From NCBI GenBank assembly GCA_963712745.1, contig CAVQJC010000011.1, positions 1 through 64,000 of the forward strand: a stretch of 64,000 bases of DNA, written 5' to 3'. The notes beneath the pieces were generated by a model, which was given only the letters and a program-made list of their open reading frames with translations, had not been told where the DNA came from and ran no database searches. Made by a program: the position numbers and the translations under genes. Source of the DNA: an uncultured Chloroflexia bacterium. Lineage in GTDB: Bacteria; Chloroflexota; Limnocylindria; Limnocylindrales; CSP1-4. Every line of letters starts with the position of its first letter. Within the stretch, counting starts at the first letter, position 1. Shown piece after piece: positions 18,742 through 27,596 of this stretch.

Positions 18742-19995
18742 CTAGCGTGGCGAGCGGATGGCGCCGATGATCTGGTTGAGCGACGGCCGTACACCGTACA
18801 GCATGACGGTCGCACGGAAGATGCGCGCCGATGCCCAGGTCGCGAGGAACGCGAACAGCGTGAGGGTCGTCAACGACGCGCCCACCAGCGGCCAGGGGAT
18901 GCCGTCCGACAGACCCAGCACGATGAGCATCGCCGTCGGGGTCGTCAATGGGAACAGCGCCAGGGCGTAGACGATGGGCGAGGTCAGGTCGCTGAGGAAG
19001 GCCGAGAAAACGATGAAGGGCACGGCCGCAGCGAAACCCAGGAAGCCCGAGTACTGCTGCGCCTCGCGATTGCCCGGCGCGATGGCTCCGATGGCCGCGA
19101 AGATGGCACCGTATGCCAGGTAGCCGAGCACGAAGTAGGCCAGCGCCAGCAGCAGCATCGTGGGGTCGAGCGCGATGGGTCCGAGGTCGGGGATCTGGCT
19201 CGACAGAAGCGGCACGGCCACGAGCGCGAAGGCCACCCAGATGCCCACCTGTGTCAAACCCGCCCCGCCGAGGCCGAGGATCTTGCCGGCCATGAGCGGA
19301 GTGGCCGGGACCGAGCTGAGCACGATCTCGACCACCCGGTTCTCCTTCTCCTCGGTGACCGACTGGAGCAGATAGCCGCTGGTCATGAAGATGCTGATCA
19401 TGAAGATGCCCACGAAGACCATGGGCAGGGCGATGCCGGCGGCGATGTCGGCACCGGAGACCTCGTCGCCTTCGCTCGTGATGACGTTGATGGTCACGCC
19501 CTGCAGGATGCGGGCCGCGGCCGAGGGCGGGACGCCGGCCTCGCGCAGCAAGGCATCGCGGATCACGTATCGCAGCAGGGCCTCGTTGTTCTCCTGGCCC
19601 GAAAGGCGCGAGATGTCCACGCCCGAGGCCGTCTCGATACGGGTGATCTCGCCCGAATCGCGGAAGTCGGCGGGGATGTCGTAGTACTCGGCGATCTGGC
19701 CCGAGCCAAGGCGGGCCGCGGCCTCAGCGGGTGCGAGCGTGGTCAGGCTGGCGGTGTCGGTCTCGAAATCCACGATGGGTACGTCGGAGGCGTTGACGAC
19801 CACGATGGTGCCGCTGGCCTCGCCCTCGCTGTCGAAACCGTTGGCGGAGAAGAACACCGAGATGCCCATGAGCACCGCGATGCCCACTGGCAGCAGGATG
19901 GTCCCGAAGAGATAGCCGCGTCGCCGGACGGTACGCATGTACTCGCGCCGTGCCACCAGGCTGGTCAGCTGCCATCGGCCTGCCCGCCCGCTCAT
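18742..19995 (-). CDS. ABC-2 permease (NatB-like)
   Basis: EEKENRVVEIVLSS, LMAGKILG. Confidence 0.9.
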   Translation of the reverse strand: MSGRAGRWQLTSLVARREYMRTVRRRGYLFGTILLPVGIAVLMGISVFFSANGFDSEGEASGTIVVVNASDVPIVDFETDTASLTTLAPAEAAARLGSGQIAEYYDIPADFRDSGEITRIETASGVDISRLSGQENNEALLRYVIRDALLREAGVPPSAAARILQGVTINVITSEGDEVSGADIAAGIALPMVFVGIFMISIFMTSGYLLQSVTEEKENRVVEIVLSSVPATPLMAGKILGLGGAGLTQVGIWVAFALVAVPLLSSQIPDLGPIALDPTMLLLALAYFVLGYLAYGAIFAAIGAIAPGNREAQQYSGFLGFAAAVPFIVFSAFLSDLTSPIVYALALFPLTTPTAMLIVLGLSDGIPWPLVGASLTTLTLFAFLATWASARIFRATVMLYGVRPSLNQIIGAIRSPR

Positions 19996-20918
19996 CGGAC
20001 GGACTCCGCCCGAGGATCGCCGGCCACCGTGCGGATGAAGACCTCGTCGAGGCTCGGTGCTTGCACTGCGAAGTGCTCCACTTGCGCGCCGGCCTCGGCC
20101 AGCTCGCGGAAGAGGTCCTGGGGCGTGGCACCGTCACGGATGAGGTAACGCATGGTGCCGTCCACCTCGTTCACGTCGGTGACGCTCACCAGCTGGTCGG
20201 CCGAATTGGGGATGTCCCGGCCGCTGACCTGCACGGCGCCATCGCTGAAGGCCTCACGGACCTGGTCGACCGTGCCGTAGAGCAGCCGACGGCCGTGGTC
20301 GATGAGCAGGATCCGGTCGCATAGCGTCTGCGCATCGCCCATGTCGTGGGTGCTCATGATCACGGCCGCACCGCGATCGCGTTGCGCCCGCACCACGCCC
20401 TTGAGCATGTCGGCATTGACCGGGTCCAGGCCCTGGAAGGGCTCGTCGACGATGAGCAGGTCGGGGTCGTTGAGGATGGTCGCGATGAGCTGGGCCTTCT
20501 GGTGCATGCCTCGCGACAGCTCGGCGGCCTTCTTCTCGGCCGCGTCGGCCAGATCCATCTCCACCAGCAGGGCCATGGCCTTGTCGTGGGCCACCTTCTT
20601 GGGCATGCCCCGCAGCGCCCCGAAGTACGTCAGCGTGTCGATGATCTTGACGTCGCGATACAGGCCGCGGTCCTCGGGCAGGTAGCCGACACGGTCCTGG
20701 TGCTCGACACCGGGTGGGTTGCCGAAGACGTCGATCTCTCCATGCGCCGGCCGCACGATGTCCAGGATCATGCGCATGGTCGTGGTCTTGCCCGAGCCGT
20801 TGGGGCCCAGGAACCCCAGGACCTCGCCGGGATGGACGTCGAACGAGAGGTCGCTCACGACGTCGACATCGCCGTAGCGCTTCCAGACGCCGCGGACGTC
20901 GACTGCAGGCAGACTCAT
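19992..20918 (-). CDS. ABC ATP-binding protein
   Basis: GPNGSGKTT, LSRGMHQK, DEPFQGLDP. Confidence 0.93.
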   Translation of the reverse strand: MSLPAVDVRGVWKRYGDVDVVSDLSFDVHPGEVLGFLGPNGSGKTTTMRMILDIVRPAHGEIDVFGNPPGVEHQDRVGYLPEDRGLYRDVKIIDTLTYFGALRGMPKKVAHDKAMALLVEMDLADAAEKKAAELSRGMHQKAQLIATILNDPDLLIVDEPFQGLDPVNADMLKGVVRAQRDRGAAVIMSTHDMGDAQTLCDRILLIDHGRRLLYGTVDQVREAFSDGAVQVSGRDIPNSADQLVSVTDVNEVDGTMRYLIRDGATPQDLFRELAEAGAQVEHFAVQAPSLDEVFIRTVAGDPRAESVR

Positions 20919-20997
20919 GGCCCGAGACTAACCCATCCCGATGGCCACGAGGTGAGCTCGCACAAGCACCGCCGATGCGTGGGACGATGAAAGCGCC

Positions 20998-21909
20998 ATG
21001 CGCATCGTCTCCCTCAACCCAGCGGCCACCGAGATCGTCTACGCCCTCGGCCTGGGCGATCAGCTGGTCGGCCGCACGCACGCTTGCGACTACCCCGAGG
21101 AGGTCGCCGCTGTGCCCGTGGTCACGGTGGACGATCCCGCGCAGCCCGAGCGAGCGGTCGACGGTGCGCTGCTGGCCAAGCTCGAGCCGGACCTGGTGCT
21201 CACCGACGGCTCCGAGGACGACCCGCTCGTGGACTACCCCGTGGTCAGCGCGCTGGTCGGTGGCTTCGAGCGCGAGACCACGTTGGTGGCCCTGGCCCCG
21301 CAGTCGGTCGAGGGCATCCTCAACAGCATCTCCACGGTCGGCGCATACACCGAGGCTGAGTACGAGGCCGTCGGCCTCATCGAGGTCCTGCGCGAGCGCC
21401 TCAGCCTGGTCGGGCCGGACTTCCGAGACCAGTCGAGTCAGGCCGACCTGCCTCGTCGGGCCATCGTGCTCGAGAGCCTCGCCCCATTGCAGGCCGCCGG
21501 GCGCTGGGTGCCGGGGATGGTTCGGCTGGCCGGGGGCTGGGAGCTTCTGGGCAGGGAAGGGGAGCCGTCGACGGCGACCACGTGGACCCAGCTCCGCGAC
21601 CTGGAGCCCGAAGTGCTCGTGCTGGCGCTTCGCGACCACGATGCGGCGGGCGCCGCCCGGGTCCTGGAGTCGGCGGCCTTGCCGGCCTGGTTCGACGAGC
21701 TCGAAGCGGTACGCGACGGCGAGTTCTTCGCGGTCGACGGCCACGGCCTGTTCTCGCGACCGGGCCCGCGCGTCATCGAGGGCATCGCCGTGCTGGCCGA
21801 GCTGTTCGACCCCGAGCGTCACGCGGGAACCGGCCCCATCGAGTCGTGGCTGCCGTTGGCGCCCATCGGCCTCGCCGGGCAGCACCTCTCGGACCGTCAA
21901 GCCGACTGA
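20998..21909 (+). CDS. BtuF-like/iron-siderophore class binding protein, no signal peptide
   Basis: MRIVSLNPAATEIVYALG..GRTHACDYP; FSRPGPRV. Confidence 0.85.
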   Translation: MRIVSLNPAATEIVYALGLGDQLVGRTHACDYPEEVAAVPVVTVDDPAQPERAVDGALLAKLEPDLVLTDGSEDDPLVDYPVVSALVGGFERETTLVALAPQSVEGILNSISTVGAYTEAEYEAVGLIEVLRERLSLVGPDFRDQSSQADLPRRAIVLESLAPLQAAGRWVPGMVRLAGGWELLGREGEPSTATTWTQLRDLEPEVLVLALRDHDAAGAARVLESAALPAWFDELEAVRDGEFFAVDGHGLFSRPGPRVIEGIAVLAELFDPERHAGTGPIESWLPLAPIGLAGQHLSDRQAD

Positions 21910-21921
21910 CCGGCCCTCCTC

Positions 21922-22779
21922 ATGCCCTTCCGTTCCCGATTCGATTGCCTCTGGTGCGGCCAGCCGTGGGAGGTCCGTGCCGGGGACGACCTGGAGGGCT
22001 GGGCGGCGCTCTGCCCCGAGTGCCTGGGCAAGGCCGACGACAACGGCTTCCTGCGTGCTCGCCTTCGGGCCGGACTGCGCGAGCGGGCGGCATCGACATC
22101 GCCCGAGCCCTCGCCGATCGCAGAACCGGCCGGCCCCGCGCCGTCCGCGACATCGCCCGAGCCAGGTGCCACCTCGGCCGAGCCGCCTGGCGACTGGGAG
22201 GACTGGTATCTCCGGCGCGCCGGTTTCTCGCGCGGACCCGTGTACGACGGCCCCTGGACGATGGAACTGGAGCAGGTCACGAGCTGGGTCGATGCCCAGC
22301 CCCTGTCGGGAGAGATCGTCGAGCTCGGTGCGGGCATGGGTTGGTGGACCGGACTCTTGGCCGGCAAGGGCGAGCTGTGGGTCTACGACGATGACGACGC
22401 CTCGCTCGAGGCCGCGCGCAAGCGGCTCATGGCTCATGGGCTCCTGGCGCATCTGCACCTGCGCCAGCCGCTGGCGCCGCCGGACAGGCCGGTCGATGCC
22501 GTGTTCGCGGCCTACCTGCTCGCTGGGGCGGGGCCGGCCGATGCCCTCGGCGCGCGTATCGCCGTGGCCATGGCCTGGCTCAGGCCGGGCGGCTCGTTCG
22601 TCTTCGTGGAGGCGCGGCCGGTGGAGGGTGAGGCTGCCACCGCAGGGCCGGCCGGCCACCTGTGGGCGCACCCTGCCGCCGCCCTGGGCGAGCGTCTGGC
22701 AGCCGCCGGCGCATCTGCGGTCGAGATGGCCGAGACGCGCAGCGCCTTCGTCTACGGCCGGGCGGTCCGTGCCGCCTAG
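21922..22779 (+). CDS. Zinc-ribbon plus class I SAM-methyltransferase-like protein
   Basis: CLWC..CPEC N-terminus, Pro/Ala linker, IVELGAGMGWWT, LRPGGSFVFVE. Confidence 0.75.
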   Translation: MPFRSRFDCLWCGQPWEVRAGDDLEGWAALCPECLGKADDNGFLRARLRAGLRERAASTSPEPSPIAEPAGPAPSATSPEPGATSAEPPGDWEDWYLRRAGFSRGPVYDGPWTMELEQVTSWVDAQPLSGEIVELGAGMGWWTGLLAGKGELWVYDDDDASLEAARKRLMAHGLLAHLHLRQPLAPPDRPVDAVFAAYLLAGAGPADALGARIAVAMAWLRPGGSFVFVEARPVEGEAATAGPAGHLWAHPAAALGERLAAAGASAVEMAETRSAFVYGRAVRAA

Positions 22780-22788
22780 ACTGAGGTC

Positions 22789-23715
22789 ATGACCGACCTT
22801 CGTTCGCTCCTCGGCCCGCTCGGGGTCTGGGGCCACCTCAGTTCGATTCCGGCCGCCGAGTTGCGTCCCTTCGTCGCCCGGGTGGCGGAGCTCGGCTACG
22901 GCTCCCTGTGGGTGGGTGACGGTACCGCCCGCGACCCGTTCGCCCAGCTTGCGGCGGTCTCGGAGGCCGCCGGCCCGATGACGCTGGGCACGAGCATCGT
23001 CAACATCTACGGGCGCGACGCAATGGCCTCACGCATGGGGGCGATGACGCTCCACGAGCTGACCGGCGGTCGCTTCGCCCTGGGACTCGGCGTCTCGCAC
23101 GTGCACCTCGTGCAGAAGCTGCGCGGTCACGCCTACGAGAAGCCGCTGACGCGCATGCGTGAGTACCTCGAGGCCTACCGGCAGCTGCCCTACCGCGGAC
23201 CGGTCATCGCCGGGCCGGACGACCAGCCGACCGAGCCACCGCTGCTCATCGCCGCGCTCGGCCCACGCCTGCTCGAGCTGGCCGCGACGGCTACCGACGG
23301 GACGCTCCCGTTCTTCGTCACGCCGGAGCGCGTCGCCGCCATGCGCGGCGTGCTCGATGCCGCTGCGCCCGCGGACCGGGCTCGCCCTGTGATCGCCACC
23401 GCCCTGGCCGCGATCGTGGACGACGATGCCGAGCGAGCCCGGGCTGCCGGCCGTGCCTGGATGGCACCCTACTGCCGTGCTGAGAACTACCAGCGCAGCC
23501 TCATCGTGCAGGGCTTCGGCCCCCAAGACTGGGAGCCGCCCTACTCCGACCGGCTCGTCGACGGGCTGGTGGCCTGGGGCTCGGCCGAACAGGTGCGCGC
23601 CCGCGTGGGGGCCTACCACTCCGCGGGTGCGGACCACGTCGCGCTCATCCCGCTGGCGGCCGACGGTGCCGCTGAGCACCTGCCCGTCCTCGAAGCGCTG
23701 GCGCCGTCTGCCTGA
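22789..23715 (+). CDS. F420-dependent LLM-class oxidoreductase
   Basis: LGYGSLWVG, GTSIVNIYGRD, LGLGVSH, AALGPRLL, AGADHV. Confidence 0.85.
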   Translation: MTDLRSLLGPLGVWGHLSSIPAAELRPFVARVAELGYGSLWVGDGTARDPFAQLAAVSEAAGPMTLGTSIVNIYGRDAMASRMGAMTLHELTGGRFALGLGVSHVHLVQKLRGHAYEKPLTRMREYLEAYRQLPYRGPVIAGPDDQPTEPPLLIAALGPRLLELAATATDGTLPFFVTPERVAAMRGVLDAAAPADRARPVIATALAAIVDDDAERARAAGRAWMAPYCRAENYQRSLIVQGFGPQDWEPPYSDRLVDGLVAWGSAEQVRARVGAYHSAGADHVALIPLAADGAAEHLPVLEALAPSA

Positions 23716-23760
23716 GCCGGCGGTCGGTCGGTGCCCGGCCCCCGTCCTATACTCGCGAGC

Positions 23761-24609
23761 GTGTCACCTCTGAAGGAAGCGACCATCGCTATCGTCGGCA
23801 CGGGCGCGATGGCCGAAGCCATGATCGCGGGCCTGCTCTCGGGCGGGCACGTCGACGCTGCCCAGGTCATCGCCAGCGACCCGCGTGCGGAGCGGCGTGA
23901 GGTCGTCGAGGCCAAGTACGGCATCCGCACCACCGGCTCGAACACCGAGGCCGTCGATGGGGCCCAGGTGGTGGTGCTGGCCATCAAGCCCCAGATGTTG
24001 CTCAAGGTCGGCCGCGAGCTGTCCGCCGTGTTGCGTCCCGAGCAGGTCGTCCTCTCCATCCTGGCTGGCCCGACGAGCAAGGCCTTGGGCAACGCCCTCC
24101 GGCACGATGCGATCGTGCGGGCCATGCCCAACACCCCGGCACAGCTGGGCAAGGGCATGACCGTCTGGTGCGCGACTGCGCAGGTGAGCGACCTGCAGCG
24201 TGAGCAGGCTGCCGCGCTGCTGAGTAGCCTGGGCAAGGAGCTACAGGTCGAGGACGAGAAGTACGTGTCCATGTCCACCGCCGTCAGCGGTACCGGCCCG
24301 GCCTACGTCTTCCTGGTGATGGAGGCGCTCATCGATGCCGCCGTGCATCTGGGCTTCCCGCGCCACATCGCGCACGACCTGGTCATCGAAACGCTGCTGG
24401 GCGGGACGTTGCTGGCCCAGGAATCCGGCGACCATCCGGCCTACCTGCGCAACATGGTCACCTCGCCGGCCGGAACCTCGGCAGCCGCCATCGCCGAGAT
24501 GGAGAAGGGCCGGCTGCGCACCGTGCTGTCCGAGGCCGTGTTCGCGGCCTACCGCCGCACCGAGGAGCTCGGGCGCGAGCTCGAGGAAGAGACCGCTACG
24601 GACGCCTGA
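23761..24609 (+). CDS. proC: Pyrroline-5-carboxylate reductase
   Basis: GTGAMA, AIKPQ, VRAMPNTP, SGTGPAY, VTSPAGT. Confidence 0.95.
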   Translation: MSPLKEATIAIVGTGAMAEAMIAGLLSGGHVDAAQVIASDPRAERREVVEAKYGIRTTGSNTEAVDGAQVVVLAIKPQMLLKVGRELSAVLRPEQVVLSILAGPTSKALGNALRHDAIVRAMPNTPAQLGKGMTVWCATAQVSDLQREQAAALLSSLGKELQVEDEKYVSMSTAVSGTGPAYVFLVMEALIDAAVHLGFPRHIAHDLVIETLLGGTLLAQESGDHPAYLRNMVTSPAGTSAAAIAEMEKGRLRTVLSEAVFAAYRRTEELGRELEEETATDA

Positions 24610-24618
24610 GACCCTCCC

Positions 24619-24785
24619 AGGCCGAGCCCGTTCCCGCCCGAGCTGGCCGCCCGAGCCCGTTCCCGCCCGAGCCGGCCGCCCGAGCCCGTTCCCGCCCGAG
24701 CCCGTTCCCGCCCGAGCTGGCCGCCCGAGCCCGTTCCCGGCCGAGCCCTCCCGCCCGAGCCCGTTCCCGGCCGAGCCGGCCGAAC
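24619..24785 (+). repeat. Irregular intergenic minisatellite
   Basis: Repeated GCCCGAGCCCGTTCCC and GCCCGAGCTGGCC units right after the proC stop. Confidence 0.85.
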
Positions 24786-25010
24786 CCGTAGTCTGCGGGC
24801 GACTCTAGGGACCATCTGCCGCCAGATCAGCCGTCCAGGATGGCGAGATCGAGTCCCTGGCTGGGTCGACCAACCACTCCTCGACACTTCGAGTCGCTCC
24901 TGGCATGGATCCGACCAGGCGCGGTGGCCTGCCTGGTTCTTGCAGTCCACCTGGGACTCAGGCGGGGGTGCCCAGATGTGAGAGGGACTCAGCCGAGAGA
25001 CCCGCGCGGG

Positions 25011-25709
25011 CTACTCGTCGGCGTCGGGGTCGGCCGGTGGTGGGTCGAAGACGGCGATCTCCTCGAGCGGCTTGCGCGCGAGGGCCGGCACGGTCGCGTC
25101 GTCGGCCGGGAACCCCACCGGGAAGAGCACGAACGGTCGTTCATTGCGGGGTCGCTCCAGGATGGTGGTGAGGAAGCCCATGGGACTGGGCGTGTGGGTC
25201 AGGGTGGCCAGGCCCATGTGGTGGATGGCGGTGATGAAGACGCCTGCGGCGATGCCCACGGACTCACGAGCGTAGTAGTGCTTGCGGTGGGAACCGTCGG
25301 GGAACGTGCCGTGGACCTGTTCGAACAGCACGACCAGCCAGGGGGCGCTCTCGAGATACGGCTTGCGCCAGTCGGTGCCGAGCGGGGCCAGCGCATCGAG
25401 CCATTCCTCCGACATGCGGCTCTCGTAGGAGCGCCGCTCCTCGGCCTCGGCCGCCTGTCGGATGTGCCACTTCGTACCGGGGTCGCTCACGGCCACGAAG
25501 GTCCACGGCTGCTGATTCGCTCCCGACGGGGCGGTCGAAGCGGTCTGGATGGCCAGCTCGATGAGTCGCCTGGGGACCGCATCGGGGCTGAAGGCGCGCA
25601 CCGAGCGGCGGCCATCCATCTCGGCCAGGAAGTCCGCGGCACGTCGCTCCATCTCGTCGGCATCCAGTCGGGCCGCTTGGTAGGGGACTCGGCGTTCCTG
25701 CTCGGGCAT
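25011..25709 (-). CDS. Nitroreductase, iodotyrosine deiodinase-like
   Basis: RRSVRAF, APSGANQQPW, AAEAEERRSY, LGTDWRKPYL, ESVGIA, LTHTPSPM. Confidence 0.88.
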   Translation of the reverse strand: MPEQERRVPYQAARLDADEMERRAADFLAEMDGRRSVRAFSPDAVPRRLIELAIQTASTAPSGANQQPWTFVAVSDPGTKWHIRQAAEAEERRSYESRMSEEWLDALAPLGTDWRKPYLESAPWLVVLFEQVHGTFPDGSHRKHYYARESVGIAAGVFITAIHHMGLATLTHTPSPMGFLTTILERPRNERPFVLFPVGFPADDATVPALARKPLEEIAVFDPPPADPDADE

Positions 25710-25769
25710 CGCCGGATGCTAGCAGCGTCGCGGTACCCTGCGACCCCTACCTCCGCAGACGGGTACTCC

Positions 25770-26156
25770 ATGTCCGACCGAGCCGACGTCAGCGCAGCCC
25801 TCGACCAGGGTGGCATCATCGATATCACCACCACCGGCCGCAGATCGGGCCGGCCGCGGCGCATCGAGATCGTCTTCTTCAACGTCGACGGTCGCGTCTA
25901 CATCACCGGGACCCCAGGCAGGCGAGCGTGGCTGGCCAACCTCGCGGCCGACCCGCGCCTGACCTTCCACCTCAAGCGCGGCGTGGCTGCCGACCTGCCC
26001 GCGACCGCTCGCATCGTCAGCGACGAGGCTGAACGCCGGTCGGTGGCGCGGGCGGCCTGCAAGGCCTGGAACCGGCCTGGCCAGGTCGAGGCCTTCGTGG
26101 CTGGCTCGCCGGTCATCGAGGTCGTCTTCCACGACCGCTCGCTGCCTGGCGCCTGA
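25770..26156 (+). CDS. DDN-family (deazaflavin-dependent) oxidoreductase
   Basis: ITTTGRRSGRPRRIEI..WLANLAADP. Confidence 0.8.
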   Translation: MSDRADVSAALDQGGIIDITTTGRRSGRPRRIEIVFFNVDGRVYITGTPGRRAWLANLAADPRLTFHLKRGVAADLPATARIVSDEAERRSVARAACKAWNRPGQVEAFVAGSPVIEVVFHDRSLPGA

Positions 26157-26238
26157 GGAGAGGTGCAGTCCATCGGGCACTTGACGCTGGATGTGGCGCG
26201 CCCGGACCATCGGCGCATCCGTACTCGGGGGAGAGGCG

Positions 26239-27351
26239 ATGCGACCGCTGGTCCCACCCTTGGCCATCGTTCTGACGGTCCTGCTCGTCTGTCCGACGGT
26301 CGCCGCAGACACGCCGCCGTACGCGGTCGAGTTCCCGCCCGACTGGACCGTCGAGGTCGTCGATGAGGCGCTCGAGGACGGCCCGGCCCGCCTGCTCGTC
26401 CGGGCCTACTCCGCCGATCGGTCCGAAGCCTGCCGTGTCACCGACCTCGCTGCGGTCGGCGCCGGCCTCTGGGACCTCGGCATCACCGAACCGGACGCGC
26501 TCAGCCGAGCTGCCGCCGACCTCCTGGGTCACGGGGGCGCGTATTCCCACACCAGCGGCCTCGGCTACGGCGACCCCTGGTCGATGTACATGGAAGGCGT
26601 CGACGACGGTGGTGCCGGCAGGTTCGCGATGTACAGCTTCCTCGGTCACGACGCGTGGGCTGGGCTCGAGGGGGCGTGGTTGATGCTGGAGTGCTCGTCG
26701 GCAGCGCCGTTCCACCAGGACTGGGCCATGATCGCGCGAACGTTCGGCTACGAGATGCCCGAGGCGATGAAGGCATCGACCGGCCCGCTCGTCTTCGGCG
26801 GTCGCGTCGAGCTGCCTGAGGCTAGCCTCGCCCTGATGGTGCCGCCCGACTGGGTCGCCGCCGACGTGGCCGACCCCGGCATCTTCGCCGCGCTCGATGG
26901 CGGTGGCAAGGCCGGGGAGTGGTTCGCGCTCCAGCTCGAGCACGGCGTCGGTGACGCGATCGAGCAGCAGAAGGAGGATGGCCGGGAGGTGCTGCTGTGG
27001 ACGTGGGCGCCCGGTTGGGAGGCGGGCTGGCCGGAGCATTGCGAGCTCATCGGGCGTGAGTCACTGTGGAGTTCCGCAGCGGAGATGGTCGAGCTGGGCG
27101 AGGCCTACCTCGACGACGACGGACCACGTGAGACGCAAACCTGGTCGCTCATCGGGACGCCGGACCAGTCCATCGCACGACACGACTACGACTGGTCGGC
27201 CACGAGTGGCGGGTCCGATTTCCATCTCATCGAGCCCGATCGCCACCTCACCCTCAGCTGTCAGGACCATGCGTTCGACGACGCTGGCGATGCCGCCGCC
27301 AAGCGCCAGCGCTGGCAGACCATGGCGGAGGCACTCGAGACCCTCTCCTGA
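26239..27351 (+). CDS. Secreted acidic hypothetical protein with two internal repeats
   Basis: Signal peptide; FPPDW and VPPDW repeats, each followed by two Cys. Confidence 0.7.
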   Translation: MRPLVPPLAIVLTVLLVCPTVAADTPPYAVEFPPDWTVEVVDEALEDGPARLLVRAYSADRSEACRVTDLAAVGAGLWDLGITEPDALSRAAADLLGHGGAYSHTSGLGYGDPWSMYMEGVDDGGAGRFAMYSFLGHDAWAGLEGAWLMLECSSAAPFHQDWAMIARTFGYEMPEAMKASTGPLVFGGRVELPEASLALMVPPDWVAADVADPGIFAALDGGGKAGEWFALQLEHGVGDAIEQQKEDGREVLLWTWAPGWEAGWPEHCELIGRESLWSSAAEMVELGEAYLDDDGPRETQTWSLIGTPDQSIARHDYDWSATSGGSDFHLIEPDRHLTLSCQDHAFDDAGDAAAKRQRWQTMAEALETLS

Positions 27352-27596
27352 CCGCAGCCTCCCGGCCATCGCGGAGCCCGTGACTCGGATCAAGGTCGCC
27401 AACGAGGCGGGTGGCGGCATCGATGCCGATTGGTGACACCTGGGCGTCGGTCGGCCGCAGCGGCGCCTGTGGGCAGGGTCGAGAGCCACGCCCGGCGCGA
27501 CCCGTGGCACACTCCGGCGAACGAACCCACGCTGCGGCACATCCTGAGGAACCAGATCCACCCCCAGGGTCGCGCGCGGTGGAACCGAGGTGAGGA

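Noticed and set aside
20254-22836. 860-aa minus-strand ORF and similar long ORFs (20714-22792, 10808-12394, 55656-57515, 61368-63383)
   Set aside because: Shadow frames of recognisable genes in high-GC DNA; Arg/Pro/Gly-rich with no motifs
24619-24785. CRISPR array
   Set aside because: Units are contiguous and irregular with no unique spacers; no cas genes in the window
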